From Alphaproteobacteria bacterium (lineage in GTDB: Bacteria; Pseudomonadota; Alphaproteobacteria; UBA828): 64,000 bases of DNA. The DNA lies in assembly GCA_965237415.1 (NCBI GenBank), contig CBDEFM010000002.1:2112001-2176000 (forward strand), read 5' to 3'. Position 1 is the first letter of the stretch; each line of letters begins with the position of its first letter. The translations under genes were made by a program, and so were the position numbers. This document shows, piece after piece, positions 62,907 through 64,000 of this stretch. Under the pieces are notes generated by a model. The model saw nothing but the letters and a program-made list of their open reading frames with translations, searched no databases and was not told where the DNA came from.

Positions 62907-63245
62907 TCAGTATTTTGGCGACATCGCGCCGCCCTGCTCGCCAATGCTATCGATATACGCGGGCGCCCGGTCGGGGAGCTCGACGACCAGCAGGAGCTTT
63001 CCGCCCATGCTTTCGATGTAGCCGCGCAGTGTGGAGGTCTTGAGGTCGCTGCGCTCTTCCATCTGGGCGACCGAAGCTTGGCGGATGTTCAGCGCCTTGG
63101 CGATCTCGATCTGGGTGAGTTCCCGCGCCTTGCGAAGCTCTTGAAGGGTCTTGTATTCGTAGTACAGGCGGTCGGTCTCGGCGTCGATGCGCGCCCGCCT
63201 CTCCGGCGACAAGCCCTTAATCTTGTCTCTTAGAGTCGTTGCCAT
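62907..63245 (-). CDS. XRE-HTH antitoxin (HigA-like)
   Basis: LQELRKARELTQ...STLRGYIESMGG. Confidence 0.85.
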   Translation of the reverse strand: MATTLRDKIKGLSPERRARIDAETDRLYYEYKTLQELRKARELTQIEIAKALNIRQASVAQMEERSDLKTSTLRGYIESMGGKLLLVVELPDRAPAYIDSIGEQGGAMSPKY

Positions 63246-63248
63246 CGG

Positions 63249-63305
63249 TCTATCCCTTCATCGCCGCGAGATGACGATCGAAGCGCTCATCGGCCTTGCC
63301 GACAA
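63249..63305 (-). pseudogene. RelE/HigB-like toxin C-terminal remnant
   Basis: KADERFDRHL..* immediately upstream of the antitoxin; 5' part missing. Confidence 0.5.
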
Positions 63306-63849
63306 ATACTACAGACCAATTATAGGCCTCAACCTATACACCGTTGAGCGTGACTCCCTGGACCATGGTGCGGTGCACAGGGCACGTCGCCTGCGTAAGG
63401 ATCGCGCCGTGCAGAGCGAGAGCAAGCGGGCCGGGGCAGGCGGAGGCGACCCTGCTCTTGCGCCCGCGACCCAATCTACTGCGCCCGCGACTTCATCTAC
63501 CGAGCCCGCGACTCTGCGGGCGCTGCCGACGCGGGCGCGGGCGATGCGGGCGTGCAAGATCCCGTCTACCGCGTGCACAACCTTATCTGACGCGCGCGTG
63601 ACCTTTCAGGCACGCGCGCGTCAGGCATGCGCAACCCCGTCCCTCGGAATCCCACTTATCCCACTTAATCCCACTTAATCCCGGCGAATCCCGCTTTAGG
63701 AAAAGTTGTGGGACTCGCACGGCGGCCCGAGAGCGCCGCCCTCGCGCCTCCGCCCCCGCCTCCCGAGTGCCCTTCCGCCCAGGCGGCATCTGCGCCATGA
63801 TCCGGCCCTCGCGCGGCACGCGCGGCACGGCACGGATGGGGAGTGGGTC

Positions 63850-64000
63850 ATGGCCAAGGTACTCGTAATCGTTCCCTTCGCCTTCGACGAGAAGGGGCTT
63901 GCGAACCGGCGCTCGCAGCTGGAATCGGTCGCGCTCGGGCCGGACATTGAGTTCGACTTTCGCGGCGTCAAGGCGGGGCCGGCGCTGCTCGACTGCTATC
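63850..64000 (+). CDS. Asp/Glu/hydantoin racemase family protein, partial
   Basis: MAKVLVIVPF...NRRSQL...VKAGP; GGGGAG RBS; runs off the window. Confidence 0.6.
   Translation, partial: MAKVLVIVPFAFDEKGLANRRSQLESVALGPDIEFDFRGVKAGPALLDCY

Noticed and set aside
63649-63682. ATCCCACTT(A) triple repeat
   Set aside because: Too short, no spacers or cas genes; a simple tandem repeat, not CRISPR.

Overview
GC-rich bacterial window; gene content and REP-like elements suggest an alphaproteobacterium (inference). About 1-47 kb is an accessory, heavily rearranged island. It holds a single-ORF IS66 with a DUF4338 partner gene, an abutting non-autonomous IS66-ended cassette carrying a passenger gene, a patatin, HU/IHF copies and remnants, and IS256/IS3 pieces. 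It also holds a complete five-gene type IV CBASS (QueC, TGT-like, CD-NTase, 2TM effector, OGG-like), a RutR-type regulon (UNG-like/GMC/NIPSNAP plus polyamine-type ABC/deaminase/VOC), and a Cre-like tyrosine recombinase flanked by two inverted 36-bp lox-like sites. Further on are a protease-Sel1 gene, a Liv-type ABC/amidase/RpiR cluster, a TraA remnant, a tRNA-Met 3' att fragment and two tandem integrases. About 47-64 kb is more chromosomal: MscS, BrnT TA, ALS, argD-argF, VapC TA, hydA, cupin, amidase, KamA-like radical SAM, a type II R-M pair and the start of a racemase. Top leads are the self-flanked Cre/lox-like module, the IS66-ended gene cassette, the type IV CBASS and the RutR-controlled UNG-like operon. 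All calls are by eye from motifs; no searches were run.
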